The notes under the pieces were generated by a model, which worked only from the letters and a program-made list of their open reading frames with translations, was not told the origin of the DNA and made no database searches. A DNA stretch of 58,736 nt from contig CAYTHS010000004.1 of NCBI GenBank assembly GCA_964437665.1, forward strand, positions 1 to 58,736, given 5' to 3'. The DNA is from an uncultured Oscillospiraceae bacterium (lineage in GTDB: Bacteria; Bacillota; Clostridia; Christensenellales; CAG-138). This document shows positions 35,652 through 44,089 of the stretch, in pieces; within the stretch, counting starts at the first letter, position 1; each line of letters starts with the position of its first letter. Position numbers and translations under genes: made by a program.

Positions 35652-36723
35652 CGTGATCGTCGTCGGCGCGGGACCGGCCGGCCTCGGCGCTGCCATCGAA
35701 GCGGGAAAACATGGTGCAAGCGTGCTGCTGCTGGATGAAAATGCGCGTCCCGGCGGACAGCTCTTCAAGCAGATCCACAAATTCTTTGGATCCAGGGAAC
35801 ACTATGCGGGCACGCGTGGGTATGCCATCGGTCAAAACCTGCTTGCCGAAGCGGACGCGCTCGGCGTGGAGTTCCGGCTTGGCATGCGCGTTTGGGGCGT
35901 ATACCCGTACGGCGGCGTGTCCGCGACGGACGGTGAAACGAGCGTGCGTTTTTTTGGAAGGAAAATCATCCTGGCAACGGGCGCGTCTGAAAACGCGTTG
36001 AGTTTTCCCGGCTGCACGCTGCCCGGCGTGATGACCGCAGGCGCGGTGCAGACTATGGTCAACGTCCAGCATGTGCTGCCTGGAGAGCGGTTTGTGATGA
36101 TCGGCTCCGGCAATGTTGGGCTGATCGTGGCGTATCAGTTGCTGCAGGCGGGTGCGGAAGTTCGCTGCATCCTCGAAGCCGCGCCCAGAATCAGCGGTTA
36201 CGGTGTGCACGCGGCGAAGGTCAGGCGCGCTGGCGTGACGGTTTATACAGGGCGTACCATCGTCCGCGCGAACGGCAAAGACGGCGTGGAAAGCATCGTT
36301 ACGGCGGAAGTAGACGCGTGTTTTTGCCCGGTTGGAGGCACGGAAAAGACGATTGAATGCGACACGGTCGCGCTGGCGGTCGGACTTTCGCCGAGGATCG
36401 AGCTAGCAGGCGTGAGCGGCTGTGAAATGGCGTATTCAGCCGCACTCGGCGGCATGCTGCCGCTGCATAGCGACGATATGGAGACGACCTGCGAAAACAT
36501 GCTGATAGCGGGCGACCTTGCCGGCATCGAGGAAGCGAGTACGGCGCTGGACGAAGGCCGCATGGCGGGCTGCCGCGCGGCGTATCTGCTCGGCTGCCTG
36601 ACAAAAGAAGAATACGAAAAGGAAAAACGCGCGCTGCTTTCCCGGCTGAACGCGCTGCGGGCGGGGCCGTTCGGGGAAAAACGGCGTACGGCCAAGGAGG
36701 CTCTATGGAACACGATGCGGTGA
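35638..36723 (+). CDS. FAD/NAD(P)-dependent oxidoreductase, HcnB / opine oxidase A / proline dehydrogenase alpha-like
   Basis: VVGAGPAGLGAA, GGQLFKQ, ILATGASE..L.FPG.TLPGVM, IAGD.AGIEEA..A..EG. Confidence 0.88.
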   Translation: MQMYDVIVVGAGPAGLGAAIEAGKHGASVLLLDENARPGGQLFKQIHKFFGSREHYAGTRGYAIGQNLLAEADALGVEFRLGMRVWGVYPYGGVSATDGETSVRFFGRKIILATGASENALSFPGCTLPGVMTAGAVQTMVNVQHVLPGERFVMIGSGNVGLIVAYQLLQAGAEVRCILEAAPRISGYGVHAAKVRRAGVTVYTGRTIVRANGKDGVESIVTAEVDACFCPVGGTEKTIECDTVALAVGLSPRIELAGVSGCEMAYSAALGGMLPLHSDDMETTCENMLIAGDLAGIEEASTALDEGRMAGCRAAYLLGCLTKEEYEKEKRALLSRLNALRAGPFGEKRRTAKEALWNTMR

Positions 36724-37028
36724 ACGCCGAGATCGTCTGCCGCTGTGAGGAAGTCACTGCGGAGGAGATCATGGAGGCGATACGAAACGGCGCGGATTCG
36801 CTGGACGCGGTGAAGAGAGCCACGCGGGCGGGGATGGGATTCTGTCAGGGGCGCACCTGTAAGCGGCTGATCGCGCGCATGCTTTCCTGCTATTATGAAA
36901 TGCCGGTCGACCGGTTTTTACCGGGGAGCCTGCGTTTGCCGGTCGCGCCGGTCAAGCTCTCGCTGCTGGCGGAAACTGAGGATGTGCAGAACGGGAAAAC
37001 GGAGGACGGCGCATGCGAAAAATCCTGA
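36705..37028 (+). CDS. BFD-like [2Fe-2S]-binding protein
   Basis: IVCRCEEVT, KRATRAGMGFCQGRTC, R.PV.PV. Confidence 0.88.
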   Translation: MEHDAVNAEIVCRCEEVTAEEIMEAIRNGADSLDAVKRATRAGMGFCQGRTCKRLIARMLSCYYEMPVDRFLPGSLRLPVAPVKLSLLAETEDVQNGKTEDGACEKS

Positions 37029-37441
37029 TCGACTGCCGGGAAAGCATCCCATGTGATCCCTGCCGCTATGCTTGCCCCGCACATGCTATCGTGATCGAGG
37101 GCGACATTACGAACCTGCCGCAGGTGTTTCCGGAGCGCTGTACGGGCTGCGGGCTTTGCGTTGCGGCGTGTCCCGGCCAGGCGTGTTTCTTGGTGGACGA
37201 GTATTACGCCGAGGGGCGTGCAAGCGTGGATTTCCCTTACGAATACCTGCCGCTGCCCGAGGTGGGTATGCGCGTAACTGCGCGGGACAACGACGGTTGC
37301 GACGTATGCGAAGCGCTCGTGGAACAGGTGATTTTGCGCAAAAGCGCACAGAATACAGCCGTCGTGCGCGTGAGCGTGCCGAAAGAATTCGCATTCCACG
37401 TGCGCGGCATGAAGCCTCTCCGCTTTCGGGAGAGGGAATAG
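37013..37441 (+). CDS. 2x[4Fe-4S] ferredoxin-domain protein
   Basis: C..SIPCDPC..ACP and CTGCGLCVAACPGQA, plus the C-terminal PYEYLPLP..G domain. Confidence 0.88.
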   Translation: MRKILIDCRESIPCDPCRYACPAHAIVIEGDITNLPQVFPERCTGCGLCVAACPGQACFLVDEYYAEGRASVDFPYEYLPLPEVGMRVTARDNDGCDVCEALVEQVILRKSAQNTAVVRVSVPKEFAFHVRGMKPLRFRERE

Positions 37442-37534
37442 TTCTTATGTTTCTCAAAAGAAAAGAAGCAAAATACTTGACTTGTTTTCCTTTCTTTTCT
37501 CAATTTTATATCGATCCGGAAACGGGTGTTTTAT

Positions 37535-37557
37535 AAAAACGCCTTGGGCGTTTTTTT
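37535..37557 (+). terminator. Intrinsic terminator of the Fe-S/flavin operon
   Basis: aaaaacgcc-ttg-ggcgttttt followed by a T-run. Confidence 0.65.
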
Positions 37558-37571
37558 ATGCTGCGGGCATG

Positions 37572-37673
37572 AAAAAAGGCGAAGCATAAGCCTCGCCAAA
37601 GCAACTCAGATTCGGCGGAGACCAGTTTCATGCTGCTGCTAGCGTGGATGGCCGACACGCCGAATCTTCTACT
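37572..37673 (-). ncRNA. Candidate standalone ~100-nt small RNA
   Basis: Minus-strand TTGACA (37700-37705) and TATA-rich -10, a perfect 10-bp stem agattcggcg/cgccgaatct, then terminator ggcgagg-cttatg-cttcgcc-TTTTTT. No ORF. Confidence 0.4.
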
Positions 37674-37709
37674 GAATATATATAACGCAAAGACTTAGCT
37701 GTCAATGCC

Positions 37710-37871
37710 TAGGGTGTGTTCCCAAAATCACAAAAGCGCATTACCGCCGCTTCAACTTGCATATTTTTGTTGAAAAGCCGCGCCGCAGCACCACTGCGCC
37801 TGTGTTTTTCGTCTCAACCTTCAAGCCGATCCAGCAAAACTGCATCTTTCAGGCTTTAAAACACACCTCAG
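37710..37871. mobile_element. MITE-like family 2, copy 1 (162 bp)
   Basis: Terminal inverted repeats TAGGGTGTGTT...AACACACCTCAG. Body is closely similar to 51257-51419. Confidence 0.75.
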
Positions 37872-38057
37872 GGGCATAATAGAGAAGATATCTCGTTTGC
37901 ATTCGATAAAAAAGCAGTGTGGATTCGGATATTACCGCGTCTTCGCCTGCTGCTGGCTCGGTCGGCAGGCACACAGAATCTACGGTCGAACATATATCAC
38001 GCGACGGTCCGGCTGTCAGTGCCCGGGGAAATAATAGGGAAGATTTCCCGTTTACAC

Positions 38058-38086
38058 TCGACAGAAAAACGATTCCTGATTAAAAT
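38058..38086 (+). promoter_or_regulatory. sigma70-type promoter for the giant-protein operon
   Basis: TCGACA-N17-TAAAAT about 100 nt upstream of ATG at 38185. Confidence 0.55.
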
Positions 38087-38184
38087 AATAAAAGAAGGAC
38101 CATTCATTTCTGATCGACGGCTTGATCGGTGCAACAATACCGGCGCCGGGCGCAACGCCTTGCGCAGACGGAGAGGTATCCCAC

Positions 38185-41100
38185 ATGGACGAACGCAACA
38201 CCGGGTTTGGCACGGCCGACGCGTTTTACGCGGAGTTTGCCAAAAGCGCCGGTATTCCGGTCAGGCAGATGCGTGCGCTGGCCGCGCGGACGGATTTCGG
38301 CAAAGGGTATAAGCGACTGTGCGGCGGCAGGATTTCCTGCAGGGAGGCGGCCGTGCTCTGCGAACCGATAGTAAAGCACATCGGCGGGATGCCGGAAGAA
38401 GGGATGCTGACTTTTGCCTACGAGTCGCTTTCCGCGGGGCTTTACCCTTATTCAGGTGCGCCGAAAACGGACAGGACAAAAAAAAGCGCGCTGCGTTTCT
38501 TTCTTGCGGTGCTTGCTAAGCTGCTAGACACGGAACGGGAAAATGCGTTCGACCCACTGCTTGACTATATACCCGTTACCATGGCCGAGATTGAAAAAAG
38601 CCCGATCGCCGAACAGTGCGCTAGGTTTTCTGAATCGATCAAGCGAAGCGGTTACCGCGAATTGCTGCGCATCGGACGTGAGATCATGCCTTTCGATCCG
38701 GCGGGGCATACGTTCGGCGTGCGTTACGTTGCGCTGCATATGGCGCGCCAGGCGGAAACATGCGGACTGCCCGTGGACGTGGCGCTTGTCGGCGCGGCGG
38801 CCCTGGCGCACGATATCGGAAAGTTCGGCTGCCGCGGCGAGGACATGCCGCGCATTCCGTATCTGCATTACTATTATACATGGAAGTGGCTCGAGGACGG
38901 CGGGATGCCGGACATTGCGCACATTGCGGCGAATCATTCCACTTGGGACCTCGAATTCGAGAACCTGCCGATTGAGTCGCTTCTGCTTATTTACTCGGAT
39001 TTCCGCGTGCGCGCCGAGCGGACGGCGGACGGCGAAAAAGCGGTGATTTGTACGCTCGCCGAGGCACGCGAACGTATCTTTAACAAGCTGGCGGACATGA
39101 CGCCACAGAAACGGCTCCGTTACGAAACAGTCTACAGCAAGCTCGACGATTTCGAACGTTTCATGCAGTCCAAAGGCGTGAACACCGATCCAAGCGACGA
39201 AACGCTGCACGCCGCGGACGTTCGAGACCCGGCGCTGCTTTCACAGGGCGAGGTCGTGCGCGCGCTTTGCAACCACGCGTTCGATAATAACGTCCACCTG
39301 ATGCATACCATTACCGTGAGCGATTCGTTTGAAGCGCTGCTCGAACAGGCGCGCGCGGAGAAAAATCTTAGCCGCATTCGTACCTATCTGTTGCTTTTTG
39401 AAGAATACAGTACCTATATGACCCGAACACGAAAGCTGCTCACTCTCCGTTTTCTATATGAATTGCTTATGCATCACGACGGCGACGTGCGTAGGCACGC
39501 GGGGCGCATCATGGGGGACATTCTCGCAAACTCCGGTCCGCGCTACCGCAAGGAACTGCCGCGCGGTGCAGGCGCGCTGGCGATCGCCCCCGCACTGCAT
39601 GCGGTGCTCAGCGAGTCCACCACGCTTTGGGACGAATACATCGAGCTTTGCCTGCATCCGGACTACAGGATTTCGCAGAAGCATGCCGCTCGCATTTCCA
39701 ACTCGCTCAAGACCATCGCTGGGAGTCTGTTCGCCAGCTGTCTGCCCGAAGAACGGCGCGGATACTGGGAAAAGCTGTTCCATCGTATCCTTTCGAGCGG
39801 AAGCGACGACCTGTTTGCGCTGATGGACACGCTTCCGCACGTGCCGGAGGCGGCGATTACGCGCGGCGAGGCGCAGCGCATGCTGCCGATCCTTTCCGCG
39901 GCGGCGTCGTCGCTCGAGGTGCGGGTACGCATCTGTGCGCTTCGGAGCCTGAGCGCCGTGGCAGACGGGGACGCGGCGCTTCTTAAGAGCGCGCTCGAGC
40001 TGGTGCGCCTCCCGCAGGATGCGGAATTTGCGTCTGTTTGGTTCGTCAACCGGCTGCGGAAAAAGGCGGGGATGCCGGCTCTGCCCGTACCGGCGCTGCC
40101 GATTGCGGAGATCTATCTTTCCAATCTTAAAAGCAGCGTTCCCTGGATGATGAAACTTGCGCAGATCGACCGGCTCTGCGATTATGTGCGTGAATTCCCC
40201 GCCGAAGCGTTCCATGCGGCCATGCACCTTTCCAACCTGCTTTCGGTGAGCGAACACCTGCCGGTCCGAGAACGGGCTGGCGAGGCGCTGGTGGAGGTGT
40301 CCGGACATCTGAGCGTAGATCAGCGCAACGAAATCATGATCGACCTGCTGCGCGAACTGGAAACCGGACAGAACGAGATATCCGGCTACATTCCGCCGTA
40401 TCTCGGCCAGTTGATCTGCGGCGTGCCGGAAAAGGAGATGGACGAAGGCATCGATTATCTCGAAGCGCTGATCCGTGCCTCCAACACGCGCGCGGCGCGC
40501 GCGGCGCTTTCGACGCTCTGCACTGTGCTCTCCGTTTACGTGAGCGAAAACAGCGCACGGATGAATGCGATGAGCGAACGGGTCTTCGGTCTGCTGCTAA
40601 CCGGCGTGGGGCACTTCGACGACGGGATACGGCTTACCGCGCTGGAGGTGATCTGCCGCAACTACTTCGCCAACGGTGCCTGTCCGCTGCAAGCGCGGCG
40701 TGCCGGTCTCGTCCGTTTCGGGAAAAAGCTTCTGACGCTGCTTGGCGAACGTCGGGACGGCATGCTGGCATTTTTCAACGAGGCGGCCATGCTCAACCAT
40801 CTTTACCGCTTCATCACGCTTTGCGAAACCGGCGGCGGGTTTGCCTATCCGCCGCTCAAGCCCGTCGCGTTTTTCCCCGGCACGTTCGATCCGTTTTCCG
40901 CCGGCCACAAGCGTATTGTGGAGGAAATCAAGGGACGCGGGTTCGAGGTGTACCTCGCGGTGGACGAATTTTCCTGGAGCAAGCGCACGCTGGCCAAGCT
41001 TATGCGGCGGCAGATCGTGAGCATGAGCGCCGCTTCTCTGCCGGACGTGTATCTTTTCCCCGACGATATCCCCGTCAATCTTGCCGTGCCGGACGATCTG

Positions 41101-42843
41101 TCGGACCTCTGCGCGCTGTTCCCCGGCAGGGAACTGTTCATCGTCGCGGGAAGCGACGTGGTCCTCAACGCGAGCGCCTACCGGCAGGGCGGCACAGACA
41201 CGGCACCGTATTACAACCACATTCTTTTTACGCGCGTGGAAGCCGCGCATACCGACGATCCGCGCCGGGCGGAGGATATCCTGAAGGGCAAGATTGTCTC
41301 TCTTACGCTCCCGGCGTACTACGAATCCGCAAGCAGCACGCAGATACGCGACTACATCGACAAGGACATCGACATCGGCATGCTGGTCGATCCGGTTGTG
41401 CAGGATTTCATCTATGCGCGGGGACTGTACCTGCGTATGCCGCAGTACAAGCGCAAACTCAGCGCGTCCGCGTCCGGCGGATTCGAGGTGCGCGAGGCGG
41501 CCGGTGTATATGATGCGACTGCAAGGGACGCTTCCGGCGATGCGCTTTCGCGTATCCGGGCAAAGAGCATCGGCGTGACCGACCTTTACGACGCGCTCGG
41601 GGGCAGGCGCACGGCGGCGGAGGCCGTACGGCGCTTCGCTTCGGGCAGAATACTCTTAATCGAGCGGACCGAGGGACGCGGGGAAGAGCTGCGCGCGCTG
41701 CTTTGCGGCCTGTTGGCGCGCTCGCTGAAAAACGAACACACCTATGCGCTCTACCGCTGTGAAAACGAAGCCGACCGCGCCGCCGCGCTGCAGACGGGGT
41801 TTTTACCCGTGCCGGGGGCAAACGATCTTCTCTGCGCGGATATGCGCGCGCCGCTGGTGCTGATCGAGGATGCGCTCCAGCGCATCAAAGAACCGTTTGC
41901 CGGTGACGAAGCTGTCCGCGAGGCTGTCGTTTCCGCGCGCCCCCCGCTGCGGCAGGCCATCGCCAGTATGTTTCCAGGCAAGCTGCTGCTCTGCTTCGAT
42001 ATGGAGGCCATCAATACCGGGCTGATCGAAAAGGTGCGCGCGCGCAACGGCGTTTCGTCCGTTTCGCCGGGGGACAGGCGGCTCGGCAAATATATGTGCG
42101 TTCCGTACGGCAAAATCCTCGCGGATACGATCGTACCCAACACGGTGACCAAAGCGCTTCATGTAGACAAGGTTTTCCGCGCGGACGAAAGCGGATTCGA
42201 CATCACCGAATCGCCGGGGTATTCTCCCCTTGCCAATCAGGTAAAAACGCTCAAGTCGTTCCGCAGGCCTGTGCTCCTGATCGACGATTTACTGCACAAC
42301 GGCTACCGGCTCGAAAAGCTGGACCCGTTGTTCCGCGAACAGGGAGTTGAGATCGAGCGCATCATCGTCGGCGTGCTTTCCAGCCGCGGGCTCGACCTTA
42401 TGCGCGAACAGAAACGCGAGGTAGACTGTGAATACTTCATCCCCAACATGCAATACTGGTTTACCGAGAGCCTGCTGCTGCCGTTCCTTGGCGGGGACAG
42501 CGTCTCCGGAGAAATCGGCGTACGTGATTTTCCGCCGAGCATCAACCTGATACTGCCGTATCAATACCCGAAATACCTGCATGGCGCGCCGCCGCCGGCC
42601 GTGCGCCAGTTCTCGCGCGTGGCGCTCAAAAACGCGCTGACCGTGCTGAGCGTGCTGGAGGAGCGATACCTCAAGCTGCAGGGCACGGGGCTGACGCTGC
42701 GCAGGCTTGGCGAGGCGCTTCTGCGTCCGCGTCTGCCGGACAAGGGCGCGCACGTGCAGTACGATCTCAACGCAATGGCGACGGCGTATATCCGCGACGA
42801 TATCCGCCAGATGCGGCGCATCTCCAACGCGGAGGATGTTTGA
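38185..42843 (+). CDS. Large multidomain protein: HD phosphohydrolase, helical repeats, NadD-like cytidyltransferase, degenerate GNAT-like region, PRTase-like domain
   Basis: HD set GHT..V, AHDIGK, H, NHS, YSD. NTase motifs FPGTFDPFSAGH, AGSD, SASSTQIR. PRTase loop VLLIDDLLHNG. 1552 aa from ATG at 38185 (GGAGAGG RBS). Confidence 0.8.
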   Translation: MDERNTGFGTADAFYAEFAKSAGIPVRQMRALAARTDFGKGYKRLCGGRISCREAAVLCEPIVKHIGGMPEEGMLTFAYESLSAGLYPYSGAPKTDRTKKSALRFFLAVLAKLLDTERENAFDPLLDYIPVTMAEIEKSPIAEQCARFSESIKRSGYRELLRIGREIMPFDPAGHTFGVRYVALHMARQAETCGLPVDVALVGAAALAHDIGKFGCRGEDMPRIPYLHYYYTWKWLEDGGMPDIAHIAANHSTWDLEFENLPIESLLLIYSDFRVRAERTADGEKAVICTLAEARERIFNKLADMTPQKRLRYETVYSKLDDFERFMQSKGVNTDPSDETLHAADVRDPALLSQGEVVRALCNHAFDNNVHLMHTITVSDSFEALLEQARAEKNLSRIRTYLLLFEEYSTYMTRTRKLLTLRFLYELLMHHDGDVRRHAGRIMGDILANSGPRYRKELPRGAGALAIAPALHAVLSESTTLWDEYIELCLHPDYRISQKHAARISNSLKTIAGSLFASCLPEERRGYWEKLFHRILSSGSDDLFALMDTLPHVPEAAITRGEAQRMLPILSAAASSLEVRVRICALRSLSAVADGDAALLKSALELVRLPQDAEFASVWFVNRLRKKAGMPALPVPALPIAEIYLSNLKSSVPWMMKLAQIDRLCDYVREFPAEAFHAAMHLSNLLSVSEHLPVRERAGEALVEVSGHLSVDQRNEIMIDLLRELETGQNEISGYIPPYLGQLICGVPEKEMDEGIDYLEALIRASNTRAARAALSTLCTVLSVYVSENSARMNAMSERVFGLLLTGVGHFDDGIRLTALEVICRNYFANGACPLQARRAGLVRFGKKLLTLLGERRDGMLAFFNEAAMLNHLYRFITLCETGGGFAYPPLKPVAFFPGTFDPFSAGHKRIVEEIKGRGFEVYLAVDEFSWSKRTLAKLMRRQIVSMSAASLPDVYLFPDDIPVNLAVPDDLSDLCALFPGRELFIVAGSDVVLNASAYRQGGTDTAPYYNHILFTRVEAAHTDDPRRAEDILKGKIVSLTLPAYYESASSTQIRDYIDKDIDIGMLVDPVVQDFIYARGLYLRMPQYKRKLSASASGGFEVREAAGVYDATARDASGDALSRIRAKSIGVTDLYDALGGRRTAAEAVRRFASGRILLIERTEGRGEELRALLCGLLARSLKNEHTYALYRCENEADRAAALQTGFLPVPGANDLLCADMRAPLVLIEDALQRIKEPFAGDEAVREAVVSARPPLRQAIASMFPGKLLLCFDMEAINTGLIEKVRARNGVSSVSPGDRRLGKYMCVPYGKILADTIVPNTVTKALHVDKVFRADESGFDITESPGYSPLANQVKTLKSFRRPVLLIDDLLHNGYRLEKLDPLFREQGVEIERIIVGVLSSRGLDLMREQKREVDCEYFIPNMQYWFTESLLLPFLGGDSVSGEIGVRDFPPSINLILPYQYPKYLHGAPPPAVRQFSRVALKNALTVLSVLEERYLKLQGTGLTLRRLGEALLRPRLPDKGAHVQYDLNAMATAYIRDDIRQMRRISNAEDV

Positions 42844-42847
42844 ACCT

Positions 42848-44089
42848 ATGAAGTATTACCGCTATTGTTCGTTCTGCCTCTGCCAGGCCGGCGGAGCACT
42901 CCCGGAAGGCGCTGAACCCGCAGACGAAGCGTTTACGCCGCTCGTCTTCCTTGTGGAACGCGACCCGAAGCAAAGCCGCGGATACTATGCGATACGCAGC
43001 CTTTCCGAACGAAGCGAGCCGGAAGGCGCGAACCTGCTGCTGCCTGCATGCCCGGCGAAAGAAAACGGCGCGCTCGCCCGATTGGTAAGTGCGAACGGCG
43101 CATGTGTGATCAACACGGCGTTTTCGCGTGGTTTCGACGTGCTGCAATATTCGGCCGTGCGTGCAAACGTGCGAAAAAAAGTCTGTCTGGTCGGCCTTGG
43201 CGACGTTGGCGGAGCGGTGCTCACCGGACTAAAACTTCTCGGTACGGATTTGTCCGAAATCGGCCTTTACGATCCGGACGGCAAGAGATGCGCCCGCTAC
43301 GAGGCGGAGTTGAATCAGATTCTGCCCGTACGCGGTGGCGAAGCGCTTCCGGAAGTGAAAATCGTGTCCGAAGCGGAATTATTCGATTGCGACGCGCTGA
43401 TCTTCACCGCGTCACGCGGTGTGCCGCCCGTCGGCAGGGAAGCGGGCGACGTGCGCATGGCTCAGTACGCCGCCAACCGCGATATGCTGCGCGCCTACGC
43501 GCACCGTGCGCGGAAAAGCGGCTTTTGCGGGCTGTTCTGCCAAGTGTCCGATCCGGTCGATCAGCTCGCACGCGCGGTGTTTTTGATGAGCAACGAAACC
43601 GATACGGGAGAGTTCGACGCGAACGGGCTTCTGCCCGAACAGGTGCGCGGATTCGGATTAGGCGTAATGCGTGCGCGCGCGGTTTATCTTGCGAAAAGAC
43701 AGGGGATACCGGCGGAAGCGTTCTGCGCGTTTGGACCGCACGGCGCGGGGCTTGTGATTGCGAACGCGCCGGAAGAGGGGTACGACGACGCGCTTTCAAG
43801 GCGGCTCACCGAAGAAACGGTGCAGGCCAACCTATCCATCCGCGCGCTGGGGTATAAGCCGTATATCGCGCCCGGACTTTCTTCGGCGGCGATCTCGATA
43901 CTGCGTGCGCTGCGCGGCGAATGGCACGACGCGGCGATTCCCGGGGGCGGGGTGTACTTCGGCTGCGAAACGCGCCTGACGAAAAACGGGTCCGAGCGCA
44001 GGCGACGCGGGCTCGACCCGGCGCTGTATGCGCGGATTAAGGAAAGCTGGCGGCGCTTAAAGGAGTTTGATGCGGCATGGACGAACTGA
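42848..44089 (+). CDS. Lactate/malate dehydrogenase-fold protein with N-terminal extension
   Basis: VGLGDVGG, IGLYD, DALIFTAS, VRMAQ..AN, VSDPVD, GPHG. Start is 42848 or 42836. Confidence 0.8.
   Translation: MKYYRYCSFCLCQAGGALPEGAEPADEAFTPLVFLVERDPKQSRGYYAIRSLSERSEPEGANLLLPACPAKENGALARLVSANGACVINTAFSRGFDVLQYSAVRANVRKKVCLVGLGDVGGAVLTGLKLLGTDLSEIGLYDPDGKRCARYEAELNQILPVRGGEALPEVKIVSEAELFDCDALIFTASRGVPPVGREAGDVRMAQYAANRDMLRAYAHRARKSGFCGLFCQVSDPVDQLARAVFLMSNETDTGEFDANGLLPEQVRGFGLGVMRARAVYLAKRQGIPAEAFCAFGPHGAGLVIANAPEEGYDDALSRRLTEETVQANLSIRALGYKPYIAPGLSSAAISILRALRGEWHDAAIPGGGVYFGCETRLTKNGSERRRRGLDPALYARIKESWRRLKEFDAAWTN

Noticed and set aside
1-37441. Reading the fwd/mch genes as evidence of a methanogen or of archaeal contamination
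   Set aside because: Surrounding genes (lgt, degV, DUF1836, lipoproteins, ECF), RBS and promoter style, and the same MITE family on both sides are bacterial and continuous. No mcr, mtr, mer or fwdB/D is in the window.
37449-37535. 29-aa ORF MFLKRKEAKYLTCFPFFSQFYIDPETGVL, and its weak similarity to the purine/pyrimidine tract at about 3235-3275
   Set aside because: Low-complexity AT-rich sequence with a short match and no supporting motif; chance cannot be excluded.
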